NCBI GenBank assembly: GCA_000002435.2 | Contig: CM018793.1 | Origin: Giardia intestinalis | Taxonomy: Eukaryota | Reading direction: 5' to 3' (one strand) | Length of the DNA: 64,000 nt | Shown here: one piece after another, positions 36,770-46,500 of the stretch | How the letters are laid out: each line of letters opens with the position of its first letter | Numbering within the stretch: position 1 is the first letter of the stretch | Position numbers and translations under genes: made by a program | Notes under the pieces: model-generated | What the model saw: only the letters and a program-made list of their open reading frames with translations | Database searches by the model: none | Told to the model about the DNA's origin: nothing

Positions 36770-38983
36770 CTATTTTTTGCCCGCTTTGCTCCCACTGCGT
36801 GCCCTCACATTGGCGTAGAATTGGCTCCCAGTCTTTCCATGATCGTACCCGCCCCTGTTGCGTTTGGGAGTCTTCTGCTTTTTATAGGCTCCGGAGACCA
36901 TGATGAGGTCGTCATCACCGACAACCCCAGACAAGTATGCCCTTGTGAGCTCGCGATTCTTAGTCCTCAATAGCTTAACAGCCCTCTTTATTCCCTCGCT
37001 TGTCCCGTGGTGCTTCTTGGGCTTTGTCTTGGTATTGACAACTTCCTTTGCTTGAGCAGCTGCTACCCGCTCACCTACTGTCATTGACTTTTCAGCAGTA
37101 GTACTAGATAGCTTCTTCTTCTTAGATGCGGCTTGAGCCGGCGTGTCTCCTTGTCCAAAGACACTGTCCCAATCATCTGCCAGTCCTGTCTCTCCATCAG
37201 GGGCGGCGTCGCTCAGGTTAACCTCGTTGCTCTCAGAGTTGTTATCTATCTCAGCAACATCTCGGACGGGGCGTGATGTACCGTGGACCTCCTCCTCTTC
37301 AGACTCGGAAACCTCCTCCAATCGGTTATTGATCGCAAATGCATCGTGGACAATTTCCTCCTCATTGAAGTTGAGAGTCTTAGGAAGGAGCATTAGGTCC
37401 TGCGTATTTACGTAGTTTATGAGCTCCACATCTGTCTTGTTTCCCCACGCCTTACGCTCCTTTCCAATCGTGGCATTGTACTCATCAACCTCTTCTCGCG
37501 TGTAGGGTATAACAAAGTGTGGTATCCGTCCTCTGATAAAGTCCTCAAGGATTCTCCTTGCCACAGTTCGTGTATCTGGCTCTCCTCCCTTTAGAAGTCG
37601 GCCCTGTTTGAAAGCAAGGATTTCCAGTAGCTTGTCTACGTCTCCGTCCCACCGCTCATCCACGTTAGAAGCAGGGCGAATATTATATGTCTTGTTGATG
37701 TACTCCGGCTTCACACGCTGAAGTATGCAAGGAATAAACTTCTCCGGGAATTCCAAATACTCTGCGCGTAGAACCCCCGAAAGGACGAGGTGTATGTCTG
37801 TAGTATTTATATAGTTAAAATCGTCGATAGCTGAGCGCGCAGCGGTCGCTCGCCCTTGCGAAAGGTCAGTTCCTGTGTCATAAAGATTGCGCAGCTCATT
37901 CGGAAGCTCCAGTTGATTAGTAGCCCAAACGACACCCGGGGCATCAATGAGATTTATTCGCTTGGTCAAAGATACATATTGCCAGACCTTCGTCTCGCCT
38001 GGAATTGGCGCAGTCTTACAACTATGCTTCCCTAGCAAAGTATTTATAACAGATGACTTCCCAGTGTTCGGGTATCCGCAGAAGCCAACGGATATCTGTG
38101 CTTTGTCCCTATGTAGCTGAGCAAACTGGCGTAGAATAGAAAATACCTCATTGCGGCCGAACGGATGCTCAATGGATGCGTGGAAGGCAATTGTAGGTCT
38201 AAGCTTTGATAGTTTCGATATCCACGATGCAGTAACCCACGTTGGGACCAAATCGCACTTATTAAGCAAGTATATCATGTGCCTGTGCTCGTTCTCTGGT
38301 GTCATCATGTACCTCTCTAAAAATCTGGAGCGCGTGCCTTCTGGGTCCCGCGCATCCAGGACGTAGATGATGACATCTGAACTATCAATTACTTTGTATA
38401 TTTCAGAATAAATCCTATTTGTCTGACCTCTAATTAGTCGCGGATCGTACTCTGTCCTAAAGGCCGTCTTACGGAGCTCCCGTTGGCTCACCGTATTACC
38501 GTCTTTATCAATATCGTAGTTAGTTACTTCACTGTGTGCCGTGGACAGTATTTCTTCCGGGTTGAACGTGGTCAGTTTGCTCCTTTTCCGCTGAGCCTTT
38601 GGCCCAAAAGTGAGATGATAGGGCTCTATCTCCTGGATTCTAACAGTCTCCTGCTTTACATCATGTATAAGGGCGGTCGGTAGACGCTTGTTACGCACCA
38701 GAAATGTGTTTGGATTGTGTTCTTCGTTGGCAATCACCTCTCTCATCTTTGCAAGATCCTGCTGCCCAACGACACGTGTGTTTCCAAACCAATTCCTGGA
38801 TGGTTCAATCCGCCCGTCGAGCTGGGCAGTAGGGTTGTGATACTGTTCGTGGAGAATCTTACCTTTCTCGTCGCGCACAGGTCGAGTGTTATACATCTTC
38901 AGCCGCTTGATTGTCCGATTTGTGCGGATATTGCCCTTCTTGGCGGTCTTGCGGCCTACTATGGATGAAGCCGAGGAAACCAT
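36770..38983 (-). CDS. NOG2: Nucleolar GTP-binding protein 2 (NOG2/GNL2 family), a circularly permuted GTPase of ribosome biogenesis.
   Basis: ATG confirmed at 38981-38983. Conserved blocks include NWFGNTRVVGQ, FGPKAQRKR, YKVIDSSDVIIYVLDARDP and LNKCDLVPTW (G4, lying before G1). Further blocks are GFCGYPNTGKSS (G1), APIPGETKVWQY, DAPG and KQGRLLKGGEPD. Confidence 0.9.
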   Translation of the reverse strand: MVSSASSIVGRKTAKKGNIRTNRTIKRLKMYNTRPVRDEKGKILHEQYHNPTAQLDGRIEPSRNWFGNTRVVGQQDLAKMREVIANEEHNPNTFLVRNKRLPTALIHDVKQETVRIQEIEPYHLTFGPKAQRKRSKLTTFNPEEILSTAHSEVTNYDIDKDGNTVSQRELRKTAFRTEYDPRLIRGQTNRIYSEIYKVIDSSDVIIYVLDARDPEGTRSRFLERYMMTPENEHRHMIYLLNKCDLVPTWVTASWISKLSKLRPTIAFHASIEHPFGRNEVFSILRQFAQLHRDKAQISVGFCGYPNTGKSSVINTLLGKHSCKTAPIPGETKVWQYVSLTKRINLIDAPGVVWATNQLELPNELRNLYDTGTDLSQGRATAARSAIDDFNYINTTDIHLVLSGVLRAEYLEFPEKFIPCILQRVKPEYINKTYNIRPASNVDERWDGDVDKLLEILAFKQGRLLKGGEPDTRTVARRILEDFIRGRIPHFVIPYTREEVDEYNATIGKERKAWGNKTDVELINYVNTQDLMLLPKTLNFNEEEIVHDAFAINNRLEEVSESEEEEVHGTSRPVRDVAEIDNNSESNEVNLSDAAPDGETGLADDWDSVFGQGDTPAQAASKKKKLSSTTAEKSMTVGERVAAAQAKEVVNTKTKPKKHHGTSEGIKRAVKLLRTKNRELTRAYLSGVVGDDDLIMVSGAYKKQKTPKRNRGGYDHGKTGSQFYANVRARSGSKAGKK

Positions 38984-39155
38984 GGAGCCTAAAGAATCTT
39001 TTTACATCGAATCTTATTGCATTCAATCTTCTGTCCGAAGTTATTGCCAATTTAAGTGTAATTTCCATAGTATGTATTTTCAGATATGTAGATTAGCCTT
39101 ACTGTAAAAATAAATATGAACAGTTAATTGTGTTAAAGATCCAGTAAAAAACTCA
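38984..39155. promoter_or_regulatory. A 172-bp AT-rich divergent intergenic region between NOG2 (minus) and the Cys-rich membrane protein gene (plus).
   Basis: It lies between two confirmed ATG starts on opposite strands. AT-rich tracts (tgttaaagatccagtaaaaaactca) lie directly before the ATG at 39156. Confidence 0.35.
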
Positions 39156-40778
39156 ATGATACTTGCTGTGGCTTCTCTTCTTACAGCGAGTTTAACTAAC
39201 AACATCACGATTGGTGTCCGCGAAGGAAAATATGACGAGTCAACCCCAATACAGTTTGAAGAATTTGTCAATCTCAACTTCTCAACCAATGCACTTTACG
39301 TTCCTTTTCAGTTTAAGCACACAGACTATGCGTACATGCAGGAAGCGCTCCCGATCATACTTAGCCGAGGACGCATCCCCCTATTAATATGGGACATGAG
39401 CAACTCCAAGGAACTAAACAGTGTTTACGAAAGCATCACGGATGGAAGCCAAGATGCTTATTTGAACTCCTTTGCTGATGCAGTTCTGGGTTCATTAGTC
39501 AAGGACACCGTTGTGTATGTGGCCCTGGGAAACGATATCAATACTGAAGACAGCTACTGGCGTAAGAATCCAGAGCTGTATATGCAAACAGTAGACTATG
39601 TCGCAAACAAGCTTCGCATCCGTACAAGGCTTGCGCAAGCTGCTCATGCAACAGAGCACTACCCTACGTATGAGTTCGTATTGCCTCTGGCCGTGAACTA
39701 TAAGCTTTTGCCCTCTAGCTTCGTTCCTAATGCCACGGCATATAACTATTCGCTTGTCACTGTTAGCAACTTTGGAGAGCCGGAGTGGAGCGACGCGTTG
39801 GATCTTATGATCAAGGTAGACAGTATGCTGCAGCAGAGTGAAGACGTCTTGGCCACAAAAGTCTTCATTATAGCGCGCACTGTAAGTGACAACGATACAG
39901 CAAAGAAGGCCGATTGGATAAGCGACCTAGTGGACGCGACCGTTGAGCGATGCCTGCGTATCCCTGTCCTCATCCTAGATAACGTAGAAACAGGAAAGGA
40001 TACAGGTTACTTCATGTCGGTGAATGGCGACAAGGTTGTAGGCCAGAATTCTAATGGAAAGGACCTGTTCTCTTATTGTCGCCTTCCGGACATTTTAGCT
40101 CGTGACGGAATCCACTCCTGGGTACCAGAAGAAGTAGATTCTCCTGTAGATCCACCGGTGGAGCCTAGTGATTGCAAAGCCGGTGAGCAACTAACTGATG
40201 ACGGAGTTTGCGAACCCTGCCCTGCCGGAACTGCATCCAAAGCGGGGTCAGTATGTACTCCATGTACACCAGGAACATATCAACCCAACTCAGGGTCTGG
40301 TACTTGCATCAATTGCTCTGCTGGTCAGTATCAGGATAGCTCAGGGAAGACATCATGCTTAGCTTGTTCCGTGGGCAGTTACCAAGGACTCCAAGGCGCT
40401 GAGACCTGCATCCTATGTCCACACGGACAATATCAACCAAGTCAGGGCCAAGTTGCCTGCATTCGATGTCCCGGTGAGACGACCACAGACAAGGTAGGAG
40501 CCACCTCAAGGGAGTCTTGTGTTTGTGCAGGAACCGTGGGATTTAATGAGACTTCTGGTAAGTGTGAGGTTTGCCCCAGTGGTCAGTACAAACCGCTGCT
40601 TAGTAACATATGTACAGATTGTCCAGTTCCTGATTGCAAGTGTGACAACGGAGGAACCTTCAATACTCTTACAGGACAGTGCGAAAACAACACATCCAGC
40701 AGCTTCACTAGGACTTCAGCAGCAATCTTTGTAGCAACCATTGGTGCCATTTGTGCCATTGCAGCCATTTATAGCTAG
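39156..40778 (+). CDS. Cys-rich type I membrane protein, 540 aa. It has a signal peptide, a ~330-aa Cys-poor N-terminal domain, seven CxxCxxG.YQ repeats, a C-terminal TM helix, and almost no cytoplasmic tail.
   Basis: ATG at 39156. The N-terminus, MILAVASLLTASL, is hydrophobic. The repeats are CEPCPAGT, CTPCTPGTYQ, CINCSAGQYQ, CLACSVGSYQ, CILCPHGQYQ, CIRCPGET and CEVCPSGQYK. These resemble TNFR / ephrin-receptor-like repeats. The C-terminus is AAIFVATIGAICAIAAIYS. Confidence 0.7.
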   Translation: MILAVASLLTASLTNNITIGVREGKYDESTPIQFEEFVNLNFSTNALYVPFQFKHTDYAYMQEALPIILSRGRIPLLIWDMSNSKELNSVYESITDGSQDAYLNSFADAVLGSLVKDTVVYVALGNDINTEDSYWRKNPELYMQTVDYVANKLRIRTRLAQAAHATEHYPTYEFVLPLAVNYKLLPSSFVPNATAYNYSLVTVSNFGEPEWSDALDLMIKVDSMLQQSEDVLATKVFIIARTVSDNDTAKKADWISDLVDATVERCLRIPVLILDNVETGKDTGYFMSVNGDKVVGQNSNGKDLFSYCRLPDILARDGIHSWVPEEVDSPVDPPVEPSDCKAGEQLTDDGVCEPCPAGTASKAGSVCTPCTPGTYQPNSGSGTCINCSAGQYQDSSGKTSCLACSVGSYQGLQGAETCILCPHGQYQPSQGQVACIRCPGETTTDKVGATSRESCVCAGTVGFNETSGKCEVCPSGQYKPLLSNICTDCPVPDCKCDNGGTFNTLTGQCENNTSSSFTRTSAAIFVATIGAICAIAAIYS

Positions 40779-40791
40779 GTATTTACAAATC

Positions 40792-43452
40792 TTACAAGTT
40801 GTTTGAGTGGACATGTCCTTGTATAACCTCAATAATTCGTTCGGAAAGATTGACATCTTTGTAGACAGAGCCATCAGTTGCATAGTAAATGGCCGAGCGA
40901 CCACGCTGATCTAAAATATGCGCTTCCAAGGGTGAAAGTTCCTGAACAATACGCAAATACCCTAGCTGCGCTGCCATCATCAAAGCTGTGTGCCCTTTGG
41001 ACGTCTGTGCCCCTGCTTCATAAGGTAGCAATACTCGAACAATATCTAGTTGGTCTAGTTCGGCAGCCACCATGAGTGCGGTGCGTCCATTCTGGTCGCG
41101 AATGTTGGAGAGCCGGGGAGCGAGTAAATATACAGCGGCTAGATTGTTCATGGGTACAAATCCATGAAGTGTGGCTCCACGGTTGCATTGGTCATGGAGT
41201 ACATTGGATACTCGCACCAACTTTGATCGCAAATACTCAGACAAGTGATAATTTCTGGCCTGAATGGTCACTTCGAGAACCTCGAGCCAGATTCCATCGG
41301 CGTCTTCATGTAGAATGTCATGCCGCAGACACGCTTTAGAAAATAACTCGCGAAGCAAGGTCTCTTCACATGGAATAATAGAATTCAGTTTTCGCTGTGT
41401 CACAAAGCTAACAATATACGGGTTGTCAGCCGACTCCTTGCTTTCCTCGATATCCCTAAGAACTTTATCGCGTTCACAAAGAGCTCGCTGATATAAAATG
41501 CATGCCACTCTCTCCATATTGCCAACCCCCTCTTTCCGATGGTCACTGATAACATCGCAATCGGCTAGAGGAATTTGTGCAAGGCATTGATTTAGCTCAG
41601 CAATGGCCTTATCCTTTTCTAGTAGTTCTTCTGTTAGCCGAGCTATTAGTGTCTGGGCCTCAGCAAGTGAACCTTCAAGTTCTGCTCCTGGTTGTGATTG
41701 TGATTGTGGTTGTGGTTGTGGTTGCAATGCTTGGATCTCTTCAGTGCGAGCATTTGATGGCTCAGCTTGACGCTCGAGTTGATGAAAGTTGGCCACACTG
41801 AACTCAGAAGGGTATAGAACGGAAGCGCCTGGTTGTTGAAGGGCTTCTTGCAAGAGAATGCTCAGGCGTGTGGGGTCCACCACTCGTAAATGCACACCAG
41901 GACCAACACACTCCACCTGCACGCCGTGGTCAGCTAACTGTTCTATCAGTTTGGTCAGGCTACAGGCATCATCGTCTGCTGCAGCCTTTTTGCCTTCCTC
42001 TTCTTCTAAATAGCTGTATATGGTCATTGTATCGATCATTCTTGTTTCTACATCATTGTGAGCTGCTAAAGGGATTAAGTCTGAGGTGCAACATTCAATG
42101 GAAGGTTCTTGAACATCCTGAGGATGTGTAGGGTCAGTCTGCTTAGTATCGCTCTCTGCAGCTGTTTGTCGTAGTAAAGTAATACTTTGTTTGAGCTGCT
42201 GCAACTCCGTGTTCAGGGCGTCCCGCTCATTCTGAACGACTGAAAGCCTATCGCGTATCGCTTCTGCTTCCGCTATGGCATCAAGACATGATCTTCTTAA
42301 TGTTTGTATTTCTGTACTAGCAATCTCCGTCAGTACGGAGACCTTAGCAAAGTTTTGCGAGATTATGGAAGACTCTAGGCCCAATGTCAGCAAATTAGAC
42401 TTTAGTATTGAATACTCTGAAAGCATCTGCTTGCAAATTGATTCAGCGTCGGCAGAAGCAGCAAGATTATCCTTAATCTGCGCCTCCTCAGACATATTTG
42501 GAGTCTCCACAGCGTTTGAAGTTAGTGTTAAGGATATAGGATGTACCATCTGGCCGGATGCTTGAGTAGCTGCGGTCAATTCTGTTGTGAGCCGTGCTAT
42601 TTCTTCTTCCTTTTCACACAGTTGTTTTTCCTGGGTCTTCAGCTGTTCAGTAAGGCTGCGGAGCTTTGTGTCCATAGTTTCATAGCTCTGTTTCTCGTTA
42701 CTCAGTATACTAGAAATAATGTCCTGATATTTTCTAGATTGAGATTGCTCTTTCAAGAGCTCTGCTTGAAGTGCTTTAACGGCCTCCTGTAGCATCGATT
42801 TGGTAGCCCGCGCCATCCACTCCTCCGTTAGCGTATGCGTACCCATACCAGAAGTTGCCGTAGCAATGGATTCACCGGTCTTTTTGTCCAAAGCAGAAGC
42901 AGATCCTGTTTGTACTTGTTCGGATTGATCTGCTAAGGACTCCGGCTGAATGGCTCTTGCAGACTGCTTCCGGTGTGCAAGCATCTCTACTATACGATTG
43001 TACTGAGCTGAGGTGGGTGAATGCACCGACTGAAGTACCTTCTCAACGTGTTCAGAACCAAGCTCCTCATCCCGCAGAAGAAGTTCCACTATGGAATATG
43101 CACTGGCTTCAATGGCTCTTTCCATCATGTCGACTTTCGATACTATCTGGGCAGATAGCAAATGTGGACACAGCAGGGCAAAGATATCAGCCTCATCGTT
43201 CCGCAGACATGCTTTCATGCCTTGAGTAAGTGAAGTCAGTATGGCAGTTCGCTTCTTCTCGTCACAGGCGGTCCGAAGAGTGTTGGCATAAAGATTGCAG
43301 ATTGCCGCTATGGCTTCTTTATTCGCATATAGCACTGCAATAGTTAAACTAGAATTGGTACCCTCATCCACTGCCAGAAAGTACTCCTCAAGGTGAGCCA
43401 TCACGTAGGTATTGTCTGCCCGCTTCAGCGCCGAGAACCATTGGTCACTCAT
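40792..43452 (-). CDS. Coiled-coil protein with C-terminal ankyrin repeats, 886 aa.
   Basis: ATG at 43450-43452. The C-terminal motifs are GRTALMVAAELDQLDIVRVLL and GHTALMMAAQLGYLRIVQEL. The central region is heptad-rich, with a Q/P-rich stretch, PQPQPQSQSQP. Confidence 0.75.
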   Translation of the reverse strand: MSDQWFSALKRADNTYVMAHLEEYFLAVDEGTNSSLTIAVLYANKEAIAAICNLYANTLRTACDEKKRTAILTSLTQGMKACLRNDEADIFALLCPHLLSAQIVSKVDMMERAIEASAYSIVELLLRDEELGSEHVEKVLQSVHSPTSAQYNRIVEMLAHRKQSARAIQPESLADQSEQVQTGSASALDKKTGESIATATSGMGTHTLTEEWMARATKSMLQEAVKALQAELLKEQSQSRKYQDIISSILSNEKQSYETMDTKLRSLTEQLKTQEKQLCEKEEEIARLTTELTAATQASGQMVHPISLTLTSNAVETPNMSEEAQIKDNLAASADAESICKQMLSEYSILKSNLLTLGLESSIISQNFAKVSVLTEIASTEIQTLRRSCLDAIAEAEAIRDRLSVVQNERDALNTELQQLKQSITLLRQTAAESDTKQTDPTHPQDVQEPSIECCTSDLIPLAAHNDVETRMIDTMTIYSYLEEEEGKKAAADDDACSLTKLIEQLADHGVQVECVGPGVHLRVVDPTRLSILLQEALQQPGASVLYPSEFSVANFHQLERQAEPSNARTEEIQALQPQPQPQSQSQPGAELEGSLAEAQTLIARLTEELLEKDKAIAELNQCLAQIPLADCDVISDHRKEGVGNMERVACILYQRALCERDKVLRDIEESKESADNPYIVSFVTQRKLNSIIPCEETLLRELFSKACLRHDILHEDADGIWLEVLEVTIQARNYHLSEYLRSKLVRVSNVLHDQCNRGATLHGFVPMNNLAAVYLLAPRLSNIRDQNGRTALMVAAELDQLDIVRVLLPYEAGAQTSKGHTALMMAAQLGYLRIVQELSPLEAHILDQRGRSAIYYATDGSVYKDVNLSERIIEVIQGHVHSNNL

Positions 43453-43534
43453 GTCTTATGTGGACAACAAATTTGGCATATTCCATTGAAGTTGCAAAGA
43501 AGTTTTAACTTTAAGCTTTAGCAATAATTCGACT
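43453..43534. promoter_or_regulatory. An 82-bp bidirectional promoter region between divergent genes.
   Basis: It lies between the ATG at 43452 (minus) and the ATG at 43535 (plus). It is AT-rich: tttaactttaagctttagcaataattcgact. Confidence 0.4.
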
Positions 43535-46500
43535 ATGGAAGAACTGCTGGCGACCATCATACTTCATGGCTCTGCTGGGGAGTTTGGACGGATATCTGCT
43601 TTGTTGGAAGAGACTGCTCAAGATGGTAGCTTCAGTGCAGATGTTCGCAGCCTCCTGCGTGCAGCCCTGGACCTCCGCTTTGACGAGATTAAGCTGGGCA
43701 TGAGCGCTCTCCGCCAACACACCTCTGAAAAGCTGGCTACCATTGCCCTGTTTATTGAGTTTGTTTATTTGAGCTCTTGTCCTCTAAAGGATAACGACAG
43801 AATAGAAGTCTTACAAAAATCCTTAGAGCTGGACTTCATCTCCATCACACTCCCTCTTCTGCTTACTATGCTTGCTGCGTCTATTATGTTCAACCCCTCT
43901 GCATTATTGCCATTTTCTAATATGATAGAAAACAAAACTGACGGGATCCTTGCCTGCTGTGCACTAGCAATCCTTTTATCGGAGGATGTACCTGACAAGT
44001 TTCACGATAAACTGAATGATTATATGAGTCCTTGCCTTAAATCGTTGTCTTCTCCTGTCATCGCTCTAGCAAACACTATGTTTTATCTTAAGTCGGATAT
44101 TTCTGCTCTTAGAGAATACCTGCCGATGGTCACAGCTCGCTATACACGCATCGGGATAGTGCTCAAGGACCTTCAGTCCCTTGTCCTCTTCGACCCATCT
44201 GCTTATGACTCTGCTGTTGAAGTCTATCGATCCACTTTACCTCCAGGCATGCAGCTCATAGATCATATCAAGCAGTCGCACTTCCCATATTCTAAAGCCA
44301 ATCAGCTTGGAGCACTGCTATCTATCGCCTGCTTTAACACAGAGTCGGATCTGAATTCAGTGCTATTTACAGCAGGAAGGCATGTTTTGCTAAAAGACAT
44401 AGGGAACGTGCATTCTCCACAGCAGCTCAGTGCTGTATGCAGCTTCCTTGTTGGGATGTTGCGTTCATGTCCACTTGTCTCTGTCTGTGACACGCTGAGA
44501 GATCTTCTTGCAGAAGTACTGAGTGATCCGAAGTTGCAGCGCACCTATAAGACCCCGCTTCAGATTCTGAAGGCATACTTATCATCAGCGAAGGCTCTGC
44601 TGCATCACGTTAATGGAAGTGATGCCGATGCAAAGACTGTCTCAGAAGAGGCATTGGCAGAGATAAAGCAGGTTACAGAGCGATTGGACTGTTCCCTTGC
44701 AGAGATCTCTATATTGGGCGTGGACAAGAACAGTCTTTTGCTAACCATAGAAGACCTAAATATCCTCGTGTTATCTCTTTCGGGGAACCATGACAAAGCC
44801 GTCAGCAAAGCGCACATGTTGGCCGATCTCGACATCGACACTAGCCTTGCAGAGCTAGATGCTCCTGCATCTCCCAGCAAGCTTCTGGCAAACGAGAGCT
44901 CTTCAAGAAGTCAATCTTCACAAGAGATTGGGCGAAATTATGTTAGTAGCCATGCTGCGATGAATGTGATTCTATCTTCTATGTCCTCCGCACACCCAGC
45001 TCGCAAGTCTCTCTTTTCAATTATGCACGGCATCCTTCCATCTCTTATTGCCAAGGCGAAGAACCCCCTCGCGAATATGATTGGTGTCGGACCACTGCAT
45101 GCCAATGTGTGCTACTCTACTCTCTTTCCTGATACACTTGCCCTTACAGTACTAAGCAAATACATTATTCATACATTGAAAACAGGCCAGGACGGGCCAC
45201 TACTAGATAATGAAGCCAAGATCCTAACAACAAGCTACAACATCATCCTTTCTCTCTTGATAAGCTCTCCAACTCTGCGGCTGGCCAATCTCCACTTGCT
45301 GAGCTTCTTGCAGGAGCATCACTCTGTCATAAAGCATCTGTATGCCCTCTCTTCTTTGGCATCAGAGCACGGTTTTGTGGGCCTGACAACGGACGAGCTG
45401 TTCCTTGCAGCGACATCGAGTAATGTTATAGGTAACACGAAAGAGGTCCAGCTCTTTCTTTCACAGGCTGTCTTACTAGATCCATCTATCGAGCAGACTC
45501 CCAAGTTTGCCAGCGTTGTTTCGAAAATCTATTCTGCTCGTGGAGACTGGAGCCAAGCCATCAAGTCCCTCTCTACAATATTAACCAGCAAGATCATCAC
45601 CTTAAAGGATGACTCTCTTGCCAATACAGAACTATTACCATTACGAGTTCACATTGCGCTTTTAAAACTCCGTCTTTTTGATGAGAGTGGGTATCATGAC
45701 TTGAAGGCGTACCTGTCTGCAGTCGATTCCGAGCTTACATCCCAGGGCAGGCGTCTCAACCCACTATCTATTGAGCCGTACAACTCTAACTTGTTCTATG
45801 TCCACATGCAGTTGTCATATCTACTTTCTAAAATGACTGTCTTCTGTCTTATTAACGCTGGCGTGGCGCAAGTCTTTAACCTTACAGATGCATCTGAAAA
45901 CCTGTTCACCGCACTGCAGACTGAATATGCTCTTTCTTTTCTTGACTCTGCGTCGGTGGTTGGAGATCTTCTTGATGCACTTACGGGAACTGATAAGAAC
46001 GCCCTACAACAAGCATCTACTTCCACCAATAGTTTCCCTTACCTTGGAGCAGCATATGGACCAGATCCTTTCCCTTTTACCGACATATTTGTTAATCCAA
46101 GTGCCACAAACATGGCATATTCGATGTCCAAATCCCTAGTGACGTCGGAAACCATGTCCTTGCACACAGCCTTAGCATTTGTTAAGCCGTACCTAAAGAC
46201 CAACAGAGAAATAGAAGACTTTGTGTGTCTCATCTCTCTTCATTTAAAAAACGATAAGGCGGCATACATACAGCACTTTCTTTTAGATAAGGATAAATCA
46301 CCGGGATCAGAGTCAGAGTTATCATATGACAATGCCTCTCCGTCGAAGCTCTTCTCACTGGCGTCTGCATACCAATTTGTTGGGAAGACCAAGGAGTCAT
46401 CCAGGTGCTTAGAGATTCTATTTACCAATCACAAGAAATATGCTAAGTCACTTTCTTTACGACCAGACTCTGCATTACTTTTCCAAGCTGTTATATCAAC

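Noticed and set aside
39156-40778. A variant-specific surface protein (VSP).
   Set aside because: The Cys-rich region covers only the C-terminal third. The protein ends AIAAIYS, with no conserved CRGKA cytoplasmic tail. The N-terminal two thirds are Cys-poor.
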